Below, piece after piece: positions 28,701 to 39,300 of a stretch of 64,000 bases of DNA. A program made the translations under genes and the position numbers. The DNA is from Prorocentrum cordatum (taxonomy: Eukaryota): assembly GCA_963575745.1 (NCBI GenBank), contig CAUYUJ010000242.1:1-64000 (forward strand). The letters run 5' to 3'. The notes beneath the pieces are model-generated. The model was not told where the DNA came from. It did no database searches and worked only from the letters and a program-made list of their open reading frames with translations. Within the stretch, counting starts at the first letter, position 1, and every line of letters starts with the position of its first letter.

Positions 28701-31700
28701 GGCTGCCGCGAGGGCGACCCCGCCTCCGCCACCGCCGACGTCGACGCCGACGGCGCCGCCTATGCCGACAGCGACGCCAGCGGCGACGCCAGCGCCGACG
28801 CTGACGCAGGCGCCTGCGCCGACGCCGAGACCAGTGCAGAGACCAGCACCGACGCCGACGTCGGCACGACCGTCTACACTGGAACCGGCGCCCGCACCGC
28901 CGACAACGCCCGCGCTGGCACTGGCGTCCGCGCCTCCGCCAGCGCCACCGCCGGCCCCGGCGCCAGCGACGGCGCCCCCGACGCCGACGGCGCGACCGTG
29001 GGCGTAGTCGCACACCGAGGCACGCACCACGAGGCGGGCGTCGCTCGGTTCAGCTTCGTGGCTGCACGTACCGCCCAGCTGGCGTTGGTCATGCCGGCGG
29101 GGCTTAGCCGCGAGGGTACGAGCCTGAGGGGCGACGTTCCAGCGGCTGGGTTACTGGTGGCGGAGGACCTCACCGTTCGCATACCTTCGGGTCACGTGGA
29201 GGATTGCGCGCGCGCCCTGGCGAGGCGTGGAGCCGGGCCCTCTGTCAAGGGCACGCAGGTGCTCGGCAGCGCGTGGGTGCCGACAGGCACGCTGACGCCC
29301 ATCAGCGCACTCGCATTCCGAAGCGCGCCTGGGCTTTGCGGCACGCCGGTATTCGAGAGCGTGCCCCAGCCCAACTTCGAGGGCATGGCCGGGCTCCACG
29401 GCAGACCCCATGGACTGTGTTGTGATTGGATTGGCCGAGGGGCGCCCCCTACCACGTCCTCTTCGGGACCATCGGCGGACCCGAAGGAGGAGGCGTGCCG
29501 GGGTGGCTCAAAAGCGACCCGATGTGCGCCAAGATTCGGCATCGGGAGGCGACGGCGGGCGGGCAGCGGCTGCAGTGGCACCTACAGCGGCGCCTCGACC
29601 CGACGCGCGCCAAGACTCGGCATCGGGAGGCGACGGCGGGCGGGCAGCGGCTGCAATGGCACCTACAGCGGCGCCTACCGCGGCGCCGACGGCCGCGCTG
29701 GCTACGGGCGCGTCGACGGCTTCACCAACAGCGGCGCCGGTCGCATCGACGGCTTCACCGACAGCGGCGGCGACGGCGCCAGTCGCGCCAACCGTGGCAC
29801 TGACGGCTGCGCCGATAACATCACCGACAGTGGGGACGGCCGCGCCGAGGACATCACCGACTGCGGCGCCGCCGGAGCCAACAGCCGCACCGGCCGTTGC
29901 GCCGCCAGCGGCGTCGAGGGCGGCACTGATCGGCGCCCCGACAGCCACGCCCACGGCAGCGCCGACGGCGGCGCCCTTTGCCGTTCCGACAACTGCGGCA
30001 CCGATAGCTTCGCCGACAGCAGCCCCAACAGCCTCGGCAGCGTCGACGGCGGCACTGACTGCCGCTCCGACAGCTGCGGCCCCAACAGCCACTCAGGCGG
30101 CACCGGCTGCCGCTCCGACGGCTGCGGAGTCCATTGCCGCACCGGCCGTTGCGCCGTCAGCGGCGTCGAGGGCGGCACCGATTGGCGCCCCGACCGCGGC
30201 GCCGACAGCACCGCAGGCAGCGGCGCCGACGGTATCACCGAGAGCGGCGCCGACGGCCCCAATAGTCGCTCCGACAGCTGCGTCGTCGGCGGCGTCGGCG
30301 GCAGCACCCGCCGCCGCTCCGACAACGGCGGCCCCGACGGCCCCGCCGGCGGCTGGGCCGGCGGCGGCGCCGACTGCCGCCCCGACGGCTGCGGCACTGA
30401 CAGCCTGGCCGACGGCTGCGCCACTAGCCCTGGCGGCGTCGACGGCAGCGCCTACTGCCGTTCCGGCGGCTGCGGCCCCGACAGCCGCGCTGGCGGCTGC
30501 GCCTCCAGTTGCGTCGGCTGCCACCCCGACTGCGGCGTCGACGGTTTCGCCGACAGCTGCGCTGCCGCCGGCCGCGTCGACGGCCCCGCCGACGGCTGCG
30601 CCGACGGCGGCGCCGACAGCCGCCCCGACCGCGGCGCTTGCGGCCACGCCTGCAGGGGCGCCGGCGGCATCACCGACAGCAGCGCCGAGGGCACCGACAG
30701 CATCGACGACAGCATCGACGACAGCTGCGCCGACGTCCGCACCTGCAGCTTCGCCGGCGGCCCCGCTAACTGCAGCACCGACACCCGCGCCGTCTGCGGC
30801 ATCGTCAGCCCCGCCGACAGCTGCGCCGTCTGCATCATCGACAGCTGCGCCGACACCCGTGCCCACGGCTTCACCGTCAGTGACGCTGTCAGTTACATCA
30901 CCCAGGGCACCGACCCCGCCTCCGAGGACGTGGCGCACGCGTGCGCCCTGGTGCCCGGCATCGCGCCGACGCGGGGCGGGAAGCCCACCGCGGCGGCCCC
31001 GCCCAGCGCGGCGCGACACCCCCCCGTCGGCCTCGACAACGGCGGCGCCAACCGCGGCGTCGGCGGCGGCATCGACCGCGGCACTGGCCTTGCCCTCGAT
31101 GTCTGGGTGAGGACCCCAAGCGTGCCCGGCGTGGTCCCCGAGGCCGTAGCGGCCAGCATCATCGCCAACATCGACGGCGGCGCTGACACCGGTACCCGCT
31201 CTGGCACGCACGTCGACGCGAAGGCCTTGCTCTTCTTGGGCAGGCTGGTGCCTGGTGTGGTCGCGCTCAGGGACATGCACGGACCCTGGAGCGCCCGGGC
31301 GCTCCCCGACGTGCGGGCCCTCTTTTGCACCCGGGCGCTCTCGCTTGACAGCACGCCGGTGTTCATGCGCGCCCCGATGCTCGTGCTCGATGGCCCGTCG
31401 ACGCTGATGTATTGCGACAAGCGCGACTTCTCCTTGGCCAGGTCATCCCCGCCGACGACCGAGTTCACGGGCAAGCGAATGTTCGACTGCCTGCCGGTCG
31501 CAACGCGTCTACACCTACCTGATCACGCGTCCCCTGGCACGCCCAACCTCGGCGGCCGTGGGCCAGCGTGCGTACCTGGCCGAGACGGCTCCGGAGATTT
31601 TGGCCTGGATCGCGGTGGAAAGGGCTCGACTTGGCCCAGTTGCGAGGGGATCAGCTCGAGGAGCGGAACCCCAGCGGCGGGTCTACCCTTGATCCACTGC

Positions 31701-34700
31701 GGGCGGGGGCTCACAGGCGCGCCGGTGCTCAACGGTGCACGCGTGCTTGGTGGCGGGGCTGTGCCCCCCGGCGCGCTGGGACGCAGGGGCGCGCTCGCGT
31801 CCACGCGCGCGCTCCTACTCCTCGGCTCGCCCGAGGTGCAGATCATGCTGGTGCTCGACGGCATGCGGGTGCTCCTGGGCTTACCGGTGTCCCACAGCGC
31901 CTTGGCGTTCCTGGACATGCTGGGCGTGCCCCGCCGTGTGCTGGTACTCCCAGTGCGGTCGTGCTTGAAGGAGGCGTTCTCTGATTGGGTCATCCACGAC
32001 AACCCACCGTCTGCTGCGGGCCCTGGCCCGGCCGGGCCTTTCCGCGGGGGGACCAGCCTTAGGGGCGAGGTTCACGCGGGAGGGGCGTTGCTGGTTGAGG
32101 GCCAGGGCGCCGCTTGGTCAAGCCGCGTGGGGACAAGCCTCAGGGGCGAAGTGCCAGCGGCGACCCTGCCCGGCTTAGTGCGACTTTCGGCCGACAGCCT
32201 CGCCGATAGTGGCGCCAACAGCGGCGCTGGCGGCGGCGTCGACGACGGCGCCGACAGCCCCGCCCACAGCAGCGTCGACAGCATCACCGACGGCCGCATT
32301 GAGGGCCGCACCACCAGTTTCGCCGCGATCTGCGTCAACCGCGGCATCGACTGCCCAGCGAGGCCGACGGCGACCGTAGAGGGTAGCGACTGCCACGTCG
32401 GCGGCTGCGCCTCCAGTGACGTCGGCTGCCGCCCCGACTGCGGCGTCGACAGTTTCGCCGACAGCTGCGCTGCCGCCAGCTGCGCCGACGGCCCCGCCGA
32501 CGGCTGCGCCGACAGCGGCGCCGACAGCCGCCCCGACCGCGGCGCATGCAGCTACACCTGCAGGGGCGCCGACGGCATCACCGACAGCGGCGCCGACGGC
32601 ACCGACAGCCGCTCCGACAACTGCGGCACCGGCAGCAGACCCGCCAGTGGCGACGACTGCCGCGCGTACAGCGGCGCCGACGGCGTTACCGACGGCGACG
32701 GTTGCAACGACAGGTACGCCCACCGCGGGACCGACAGCCTTGCCGAAATCCGCTCCGGCAGCGGCGCCGTCTGCGACAAGACGGGCACCTGGCACAGTCC
32801 GATGGGCGAGCTTTCGGCCTTCATGTTTGCGATGTACGGTCCGATAGGGGAGCAACCGGCCTCCATGGTCACGGCCGCGGCGACGTGCGACGGCCTCACC
32901 GACCACCTCGTCGACAGCCGCACCAGCAGCTGCGCCGACGCTGGCGTCAGCAGCCCCGCCGGCTGCGGCGCGGACAGCCGCGCCAACCGTTGCCCCGACA
33001 GCATCGCCGACAGCTGCGCTGGCGGTATCGCCGACAGCTGCACCGACGCCCGCACCTACAGCTCCGCCGGCGGCTCTGCCAACTGCAGCACCGACACCCG
33101 CGCCGTCTGCAGCACCGGCAGCCTCGCCGACCGCTGCGCCGACTGCGTCGCTGACAGCTGCACCGACACCCGCGCCCACGGCTTCACCGCCAGCACCGCC
33201 AACGGCGGCACCGACGCCTGCGATTGCTGCGGCACCGGCAGCCGCCGCGCCGATAGCGGCGCCGACGGCGGCGTCGATCACGGCACCGATTGCGGCACCG
33301 ACAACCGCGCCGACGGCGTCACTGGCGTCTCCGCCAACCGCGGCATTGGCAGGGCAGCCGTCGTGGACAGCGCCGATGCGAGCGTGAGGCCACTGGCGAT
33401 CGAGCCCGGGCCGGACGCCGAGTGCGAGCTGGTCGGCAGCGGTGACACGGCGTTCGACGTCGCGAAGGCTTGCGGCCTCTCGGTTGGGAACGCTCCGGTG
33501 GAGGGCGGCCTTGTCGCTCACGTTGCGAAGGTGAGGCAGCGGGTCAAGGCCCGGGGTGCCTATGGCACGCGCCCGAGCGACGGGGCTGGCAGCTACAGAC
33601 GCAGCGGCACCAACTGCAGCTACGCCGGCCGCGGCCCCGATAGCTGCGACGACCGTGGCGCTGACCGCCTTGCCTACAGGTACGCCGACGGCTATGCCTG
33701 CGGCGCTGACGGCCGAGCTGACCGCGGCACAGTGGGCAGCCGCGACGACGTCGGCAGTTGCGACGGCATCGGCAGGGACAGTGGCGCAGCCTGCGGCGCG
33801 GACAGCCGCGCCGACTGCGGCGCCGACGGCTGCGCCAACCACGGCGCCGACTGTCGCGCCGACCGCGAGCCCTACGAGGGCACCAGCGGGCTGATCGAAT
33901 GGCCCGCCGACAGGCTCACCGGCTGCGGCACCGACAGCGGCGCCAATGGCTGCAGCCACGCTGTCTGCGGCACCGGCGGCCGCGCCGACGGCTACCTCGA
34001 CAGCCACGCCGACGACAGCCCCGTCAGTTACGCCGACAATGGCACCGACTGCTGCACCGACCTCGGCGCTGACCGCGGCGCCGACGGCGGCGCCCACGAG
34101 GCAACCCGCAAGGGCGTGCCCGTGGGGGGCGTCTCGGGCGGCGGGCGCGGCCGCGCCGACCGCGGCACCTACGGTGGCACTGACGGCCACCCCGCCAGCG
34201 GCGTTAACCGCTGCGCTGGCTGCGGCACCGACCGCCGCGCAGACTGCGGCACCAGCAGGCGCGCCGACAGCATCCTCGACGGGGGCGCCGACAGCGGCCC
34301 CTACTGCAGCGCTGATTTCGGTACCGGCCGCGGCGCCGACAGCGGCGCTGGCGCGGTGAACTTGAAGGGCGCGCTCGTGGAGGGCTCCTCGGATGACTGG
34401 CACGTTCTGGACAGCGGCCCAAAGGCTGCCGAGGAGATCGAGGCTGCGCTGGCGGGTCATAAGACGGCTGGTACGCCGACGGCTGCATCGACGGCCTCGC
34501 TGACAGCTGCGCCGACCACGGCACCGACAGCTGCAATGACAGATGCGCCGACCGCTGTACCAGCCGAGGCGCCAACGGCGGCACCGACAGCGGCGCTGGC
34601 GTCTGCGCCGGCGGCCTCCAGGCAGCCCAGACCTCACGGGCGGTGCACGCCAGAGGCAGCTGCCGCCGCGGCCCCGGGGGGCGCCACCGTACTCGCACCG

Positions 34701-35090
34701 GCCGGGGGCGCACGGCTCGCACCAGCCTCAGGGGCGGGCGTTGGCCCACCCATGTGCGACGGACGGCGCGCGCCAGCGGCGGCTGCGGCCGCGGCCCCGA
34801 GGGATGCCCGCCCGTCCTCGCCCGCCAGGGGCGCCCGGCGCGCACCAGCCTCCGGGTCAGCAGCGGTCCCGCCCATGTGGGACGGGCGTCTCGCGCCAGA
34901 GGCGGTGGCTACCGCGGCCCCGGGGGATGCGGCACTGACAGCCACGGCGACCTCGGCGACAACGGGGACATCGACTAGCTTACGGCTTCGCCGATTGCTG
35001 CACCAACGGCAGCGCCGATGGGTCGTCCGTCTGTTGCCCTGGCCGCGGCACAGACAACCGCCTGGACAGCGTCGACGACGGTTGCACTAG
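25248..35090 (+). CDS. 3280-codon low-complexity ORF (A/D/G/C-rich repeats), probably a frameshifted continuation of the 23024 ORF
   Basis: No stop for 9.8 kb. It shares the EVWxxxWxRLG motif with the upstream ORF and is built from GCCGAC-rich internal duplications. Coding status is uncertain. Confidence 0.35.
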   Translation: MTWTGPGSAPRAPKRAPFPALTPPPSSTPPSPPAPSSAPTPTPTLTSTPIHGLAPGPPPATLAPTPPMSPPPPPTTPATTPARAPTPRPPPSPTPATAPPAPTPMRTLPLPRPPAQAPAPTLPTSPPTPASAASAGASTDAIALTRSEAGEVWAVRWSRPGARSSDVGLGTRTDASVEVGSSITAYANVSASTDVRANADASDADAGATATATANAATGADACTTANSDTGACASTDDEVWDLEWLRLGADAGPATGIGVNADDVSGVTAYAETNAAADPSGGPDDAATVGVSSDTIAGIGADADADRDVCTGTGARAAASVEAGPSVSDRVTSTTLPHARAWLRRLCAAHAGFPARARCPFGFLSRLARRARLGLFAGAASRRRAGAARSGLVGPLPERGRGGQLGRAPRAAGGACPAGVPQLPSPPPPWAAPRLPNREDCRAGDSTSTTADASADVDANAAACSDSDGSADADAGAYADAETGTETDTDAGIDVTAYTGTSACAADGARARAGTGARAHAGAAASPSASDSATGADVAVAGVVAHQGTHHGVHAAQFRILAGAQWRFDPARVQPCEVSITGAHSRLVEIGQDAQPKADAAHVQQAVGPGTAVPARLDSIVQDVPRKADLADSDASAGADAAARVGVSTDASAGAGTNADADRDVGTGTGAHAVAGADAGPSVGDCATGYALPHARAWPRRRRAARAGVLACARCQFCFPSRQARRARLAPIAGAASRRRAGAVRLGRVCPPPERGRGGQLRRAPHAAGRACPAGASQLPSPPPLQAAPRLPSCEGCREGDSASATADASADVDGPWRAAGTDRAETDVEADEVWDMDWARLGAAGPDGGPAPSADAATVVDTVVTACANISASYDASVDAPTVPACTDIDAGDGASADAYARATAPSVTADVGINALGSRARAGAVAYSAASAGASPGAIAHAEVWASEVWAMDWSRLGTGFSVVGSGTGADASVEVGPSIPACANISTSTDTRAEAGASDAAAGAVGDAAYAEINASPDASTGADAAARAGVSIDTNAGAGTNAGADRDLSTGIGRAARAGVLARTRCQFHFRSRLARDASLAPFAGAASRRRAGAARLGRVCPLPERGRGGQLRRAPRAADGAGPAWASQRPSLPPLHAAPRLPSCEGCREGDPASATADVDADGAAYADSDASGDASADADAGACADAETSAETSTDADVGTTVYTGTGARTADNARAGTGVRASASATAGPGASDGAPDADGATVGVVAHRGTHHEAGVARFSFVAARTAQLALVMPAGLSREGTSLRGDVPAAGLLVAEDLTVRIPSGHVEDCARALARRGAGPSVKGTQVLGSAWVPTGTLTPISALAFRSAPGLCGTPVFESVPQPNFEGMAGLHGRPHGLCCDWIGRGAPPTTSSSGPSADPKEEACRGGSKATRCAPRFGIGRRRRAGSGCSGTYSGASTRRAPRLGIGRRRRAGSGCNGTYSGAYRGADGRAGYGRVDGFTNSGAGRIDGFTDSGGDGASRANRGTDGCADNITDSGDGRAEDITDCGAAGANSRTGRCAASGVEGGTDRRPDSHAHGSADGGALCRSDNCGTDSFADSSPNSLGSVDGGTDCRSDSCGPNSHSGGTGCRSDGCGVHCRTGRCAVSGVEGGTDWRPDRGADSTAGSGADGITESGADGPNSRSDSCVVGGVGGSTRRRSDNGGPDGPAGGWAGGGADCRPDGCGTDSLADGCATSPGGVDGSAYCRSGGCGPDSRAGGCASSCVGCHPDCGVDGFADSCAAAGRVDGPADGCADGGADSRPDRGACGHACRGAGGITDSSAEGTDSIDDSIDDSCADVRTCSFAGGPANCSTDTRAVCGIVSPADSCAVCIIDSCADTRAHGFTVSDAVSYITQGTDPASEDVAHACALVPGIAPTRGGKPTAAAPPSAARHPPVGLDNGGANRGVGGGIDRGTGLALDVWVRTPSVPGVVPEAVAASIIANIDGGADTGTRSGTHVDAKALLFLGRLVPGVVALRDMHGPWSARALPDVRALFCTRALSLDSTPVFMRAPMLVLDGPSTLMYCDKRDFSLARSSPPTTEFTGKRMFDCLPVATRLHLPDHASPGTPNLGGRGPACVPGRDGSGDFGLDRGGKGSTWPSCEGISSRSGTPAAGLPLIHCGRGLTGAPVLNGARVLGGGAVPPGALGRRGALASTRALLLLGSPEVQIMLVLDGMRVLLGLPVSHSALAFLDMLGVPRRVLVLPVRSCLKEAFSDWVIHDNPPSAAGPGPAGPFRGGTSLRGEVHAGGALLVEGQGAAWSSRVGTSLRGEVPAATLPGLVRLSADSLADSGANSGAGGGVDDGADSPAHSSVDSITDGRIEGRTTSFAAICVNRGIDCPARPTATVEGSDCHVGGCASSDVGCRPDCGVDSFADSCAAASCADGPADGCADSGADSRPDRGACSYTCRGADGITDSGADGTDSRSDNCGTGSRPASGDDCRAYSGADGVTDGDGCNDRYAHRGTDSLAEIRSGSGAVCDKTGTWHSPMGELSAFMFAMYGPIGEQPASMVTAAATCDGLTDHLVDSRTSSCADAGVSSPAGCGADSRANRCPDSIADSCAGGIADSCTDARTYSSAGGSANCSTDTRAVCSTGSLADRCADCVADSCTDTRAHGFTASTANGGTDACDCCGTGSRRADSGADGGVDHGTDCGTDNRADGVTGVSANRGIGRAAVVDSADASVRPLAIEPGPDAECELVGSGDTAFDVAKACGLSVGNAPVEGGLVAHVAKVRQRVKARGAYGTRPSDGAGSYRRSGTNCSYAGRGPDSCDDRGADRLAYRYADGYACGADGRADRGTVGSRDDVGSCDGIGRDSGAACGADSRADCGADGCANHGADCRADREPYEGTSGLIEWPADRLTGCGTDSGANGCSHAVCGTGGRADGYLDSHADDSPVSYADNGTDCCTDLGADRGADGGAHEATRKGVPVGGVSGGGRGRADRGTYGGTDGHPASGVNRCAGCGTDRRADCGTSRRADSILDGGADSGPYCSADFGTGRGADSGAGAVNLKGALVEGSSDDWHVLDSGPKAAEEIEAALAGHKTAGTPTAASTASLTAAPTTAPTAAMTDAPTAVPAEAPTAAPTAALASAPAASRQPRPHGRCTPEAAAAAAPGGATVLAPAGGARLAPASGAGVGPPMCDGRRAPAAAAAAAPRDARPSSPARGARRAPASGSAAVPPMWDGRLAPEAVATAAPGDAALTATATSATTGTSTSLRLRRLLHQRQRRWVVRLLPWPRHRQPPGQRRRRLH

Positions 35091-35776
35091 CCGCTGCACC
35101 TGCAGATGCACGGTTCGGTTCGCCGATGGCTGAACTGGTCACGACACCGACGGCTACTCCGACAGCGGCGCCGACGGTCGCGCCGACATCGGCGTCGACA
35201 GCGGCCCTGGCCGCCACGGCGACCACGGTGCTGACTGCGGCGGCGACTGGCGCGCCGACGAAGGGCGCGACGACGGGGGCGAGCGGATCGACCTACGTTG
35301 GCATGTTCGCCGGCAGCACTGGCATCGAGGGCCGCGCGCTGTCCGCCACACAGGAGCCGCCCGACGACGAGGATTAGAAGGAGGAGGACCGGGGGGAGCG
35401 ACGGGCTGCTCGGGCCTCGTGGCGTCCACTGGGCTGCAGCCAGCTTGCGCCTCCAGCTCGCGCGTGCGCTTTCGCATGCGCGCGCTCGTTCTTTGCGTGT
35501 ACTGAGTCGCGTCCTGCGCGACGCGCGCGGCTAGCGCTTTTCGCGTGCGCGATTCCGCGCCGGCGGGCCGGCGACGCGCGGCCCTGGGGAGCGTTTAGCC
35601 CCCCCGCCTGGGCGAGGCCGTGGGGCCGGCTCGGGCGCGCGTTGCACGCCGCCGGCAGGGCGCTGCCCAGCCGGGGCGGCCTGGCGCCCGCTCCAGGAAG
35701 GCCTCAGGCTTGCAGGCCAGTGGTCGCGCGCGCTCGGGCGCCTTTCGCCCGCGCGCGGCTGCGTTCTTTTGGTTTT

Positions 35777-36363
35777 GGCCGTGCGGCAGCAGGGCGTGCC
35801 AGAACGCGCGCGCGCCACGGTGCGCGTGCGCGGGCGGCGCGGCGTCCCGCCGGACCCGCGCCATCAGGGTGGTGCGCGTGGCCGCTTTGCCATTGAAAGA
35901 GTTCATCATTGTCCTTCTCCCGTCCTCGTCCTCCTTCCTCCTCCTCTTCCTCCTTCTCCGTTTAGTGCACGCGCGCCTTCGCTTAACTTGTATAGTCTGT
36001 TATGCTGGTAGACTGCAGGTTCAGCGTAGGGAAGTGGGGGCTTTGCCTTAGCCATTTGGGGTCCGTAGTCGTGGGCTCGAGATCGAGCCAGGACTCGGGG
36101 GCCCACCCACCCCGCTTTGCTCCCTGTGCACCCAGCTCCGCTCGGCTCTCGGGCCGTGCGGCAGCAGGGCGTGCCAGAACGCGCGCGCGCCACGGTGCGC
36201 GTGCGCGGGCGGCGCGGCGCCCCGCCGGACCCGCGCCATCAGGGTGGTGCGCGTGGCCGCTTTGCCATTGAAAGAGTTCATCATTGTCCTTCTCCCGTCC
36301 TCGTCCTCCTTCCTCCTCCTCTTCCTCCTTCTCCTTTTTAGTGCACGCGTGCCTTCGCTTAAC
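35777..36363 (+). repeat. Right-end repeat block B1-A2-50 bp spacer-B2
   Basis: B1 (211 bp) and B2 (212 bp) differ at about 4 positions. The B1|A2 junction CTTAAC|TTGTATAG equals the element's right end joined to its left end. Confidence 0.92.
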
Positions 36364-39300
36364 GCATCGTTTGATTCACGTATACTTCCGCAGCAAAGAG
36401 CTTGGCATCATGTCTCTCTACTGTGCGTATTTCCACGACAGCGAGGGGCTGTCGCGCAGGAATGTACAGATGGCGCAGATTCTGGGGCATGACATTTTGC
36501 AGCGTTCTCTTCCTTTTGTGATCGGCGCAGACTTCGACGTGGAACCGTCTCTGGTCCGTGAAGCCTTCGCTCCGCACAAGTGGAATGGCCAGATTCCGAT
36601 TCCAGATCCGATGGTCACTTGTTGCAATACAACGCCTGGCAAGTGCTATGATTTCTTTATAGTCAGCAAGCCGATGTTACATGCCATTCAGAATGTCAGC
36701 ACGGACACGAATGCGGACATTTTCCCGCACCGCCCTGTTACAGTACGTTTTCGCACTCGAGTTGATGACATCAGGGTCCAGAGGATGACTCAGTTTGCGA
36801 AGCTGCCCGTGGACCTCCCCATAGGCCCCGCCCCGCTGGCGCCCGACTATGAGGATCTGCAGGACAGGCTTGAGTACCTCCTGAGGCCCATGAAGACCGA
36901 AGGTGGATATCGGTTACCGCAGGGAGGGGAAGTGGATCAACTTCAGAGCGAACTTGACGAAGTATATAAGAGCTGGTGTTCTAAAGCGTGGGGGGAACTT
37001 GAGGGAACCCTGCAACAGACCCCTGAAGGTCTCAAAGGAGGTCAGCCGTATGATACTTCGGAGGTGCCTCTTGGGGAGCTGTTGTGTACTCGGAGGAACC
37101 CCGCGAGAAGCCCATATAGAGCGCTGCACTGGTTAGGACGCAGATGCCACGAAATCGCAAGTCTGCAGTCAGGTAAATATTATACTCACGCTAACTACTT
37201 CACTAAGCTCCTCAAGGCCACCTACAGGGCTACAGATACTGGAGGCATTTTCAGGTACCACTACCCTGGAGGACGCGAGGCCTGGATGGTCCTACTGAAG
37301 GCGGCTCTTGGATGTTTTTGTGTACACTACGAGATCCTGTATCTAGATGTGATAGTGCGCACTTTCAAAGCCCTGCAGCAGTTCGCAGATTACGTCGCCG
37401 CTCGGAGCCTGCCGCGAGAGAAGTCGGACAGGGCAGCCAAGTGGAGCGATTGGTGCACGGGGGCCCTCGCTGGTGGAGCCAAGTGGGCGCATGCGTACAC
37501 AAAGGTGGCAAGTGATCGCAGACAGGACCTCCACCCCACTGGTGATGGGTACCACACGTCGTGTCTTACTCGTCAATTGGAGGAGGAGGAGTTAAAGTGG
37601 AGCAAAGCTTGGGGGGAGGATGCCATTGAGGAGAAGGAGGTGTCGTGGCCGAAAGACATGGTGATCCCGAACCCCCCGAGTATTGAGGAGATTCGTGCCC
37701 TAAGCAGTTCGTTTAAGAGAGCCACTATTGCTGTGGATGGGTTCCATCCTCGACACTATATGCTGCTTTGTGACGAGGCGCTAGGTGTTTTCCAGCAGGT
37801 TATGGCTGCTATGACGGTCGCGGGCACGGTGCCCACCTGGATGAGGAAGCTGGTCCTCGCCCTTTTTCGCAAGCCAGTCTCGGGGAGGAGGCCGATCGGG
37901 TTCTTCCAGAGTGCGGTGAGGATGGTATCCAGGTGGCATTCCAGAGATTGAAAGAGATGGGAGCACAAGTTGAAGGATTGGGGAGTGTTCAGCATGAGGG
38001 CAGGCAGGTCACCGCGTGACACAGTGTGGCGGCAGCAGGTTCGAGGGGACTTGGCGACCGCAGAACGTAAGCACGTGCTCAGCCTTCTTGCAGACCCCAC
38101 ACAGTGCTACGAGCACGTGCAGTACCCCCAGCTTGTACAGAGTGCGATTGATTGGCAGTATCCGCTATACACCTTAAGGTTTGCACTGCACCCGTATGCG
38201 CGGGAGCGGATACTCAATTTAGATGGAGTGGTGTCCCAGGGGATTTTACCACATCAAGCGATTGTTGCTGGAAGCAGTACGGCTACTTTTGAAATCAAGG
38301 TTTATTGCATTCCCACGATTAACAGGTTCCTGGAGCAGGGGTTTTCGACGGAGTTGGCGGTCCATGTTGATGATGTTAGCCTAAATGAGAGATGTGCAGA
38401 CATGATCTCGTGCGTCAGGAACTTGGCAGCCGCCCTTGCCTTTCTGATATACCTCCTCTCTCAGCTCTTCAATCTGACTTTCGCGATGCAGAAGTTCTGT
38501 ATCACAGGCACCAGCGAGGATCTGGTGCGCATTGCCAAGCTGAATCTCGCCCAGTATGCTGGCCAGTATGATGTCTCGCTGGTCAATGTAGGCGTGAATT
38601 TCAACCCAGGCAAACATAAGAGCGTCAAACATGCGAAGCAGAACAGGAGGGAGAGGTGGATGAAGCAATCGGGGAGGATCAATAAGATTATGAGTTTGAA
38701 AAATCCGAAACGCTCCAGGGCAACGATATGGTTTTGTGGGGTCAAGCCTGCTACTACCTACGGCGAAGAGGTGGTGGGCTGGACCCCCCGAGAGATTCGA
38801 CGCCTGCGGACGCAGGCGGCAGGCGTGCTAGGACTTTCGAGCTGTGGAGCAGATCTCAACTTGGCCTTCGCGCTCGAACCACAACGAGACCCTTTGAAGC
38901 ACGCCTGTGCAACTATGACACGCTATGCTAAGGAGTTCTGGCTGGCCCCTGATGTGATACATAGACCTGGAGACTGCCTCGCCATAGGGGAGCTCCATAG
39001 GATCCTCAACGTGGTTCGAGAGTACCAGGACCGACGTGAATTGGCTTCTTGGGACACAAGATCGTGGGGACCTGTGGGGGATATGCTTCTCTGGATGGGT
39101 AAGGCGTCTTGGAGTATTCGTGGACCAGGTATGTTTACTATGCGGTCAGGGGCCCCTTGTGTGCTCACGGAGATCCCCTACGGTCAGGTCTCTAACTACT
39201 TCTTCAAGGATCTAGGTAAGGAGTTGGTGGCCGAGAGCATGCAGAAGTACCTGAACTCTCGTGAACACCCTAGAGCACATGAGATGTTGGAGGGAGGTCT

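Larger units (their letters stand above)
22790..36363 (+). mobile_element. 13,574-bp non-autonomous element with split direct repeats (A1...B1-A2-spacer-B2), PAT/Ngaro/TOC1-like architecture
   Basis: A1 22790-22903 = A2 35988-36101 (113/114). B1 35777-35987 ~ B2 36152-36363. Removing it restores the host LINE codon exactly, with no TSD. Confidence 0.8.

Noticed and set aside
29410..34637. Mucin-like APTA ORFs and antisense AVGA ORFs as separate genes
   Set aside because: They are alternative-frame readings of the same GCCGAC repeat; stop-poor GC-rich repeats give ORFs in most frames.
22790..36363. Ordinary LTR retrotransposon or autonomous DIRS element
   Set aside because: The repeats are split (A..BAB); there is no TG..CA pair, PBS or TSD, and no RT, integrase or tyrosine-recombinase motifs were found in the listed ORFs.
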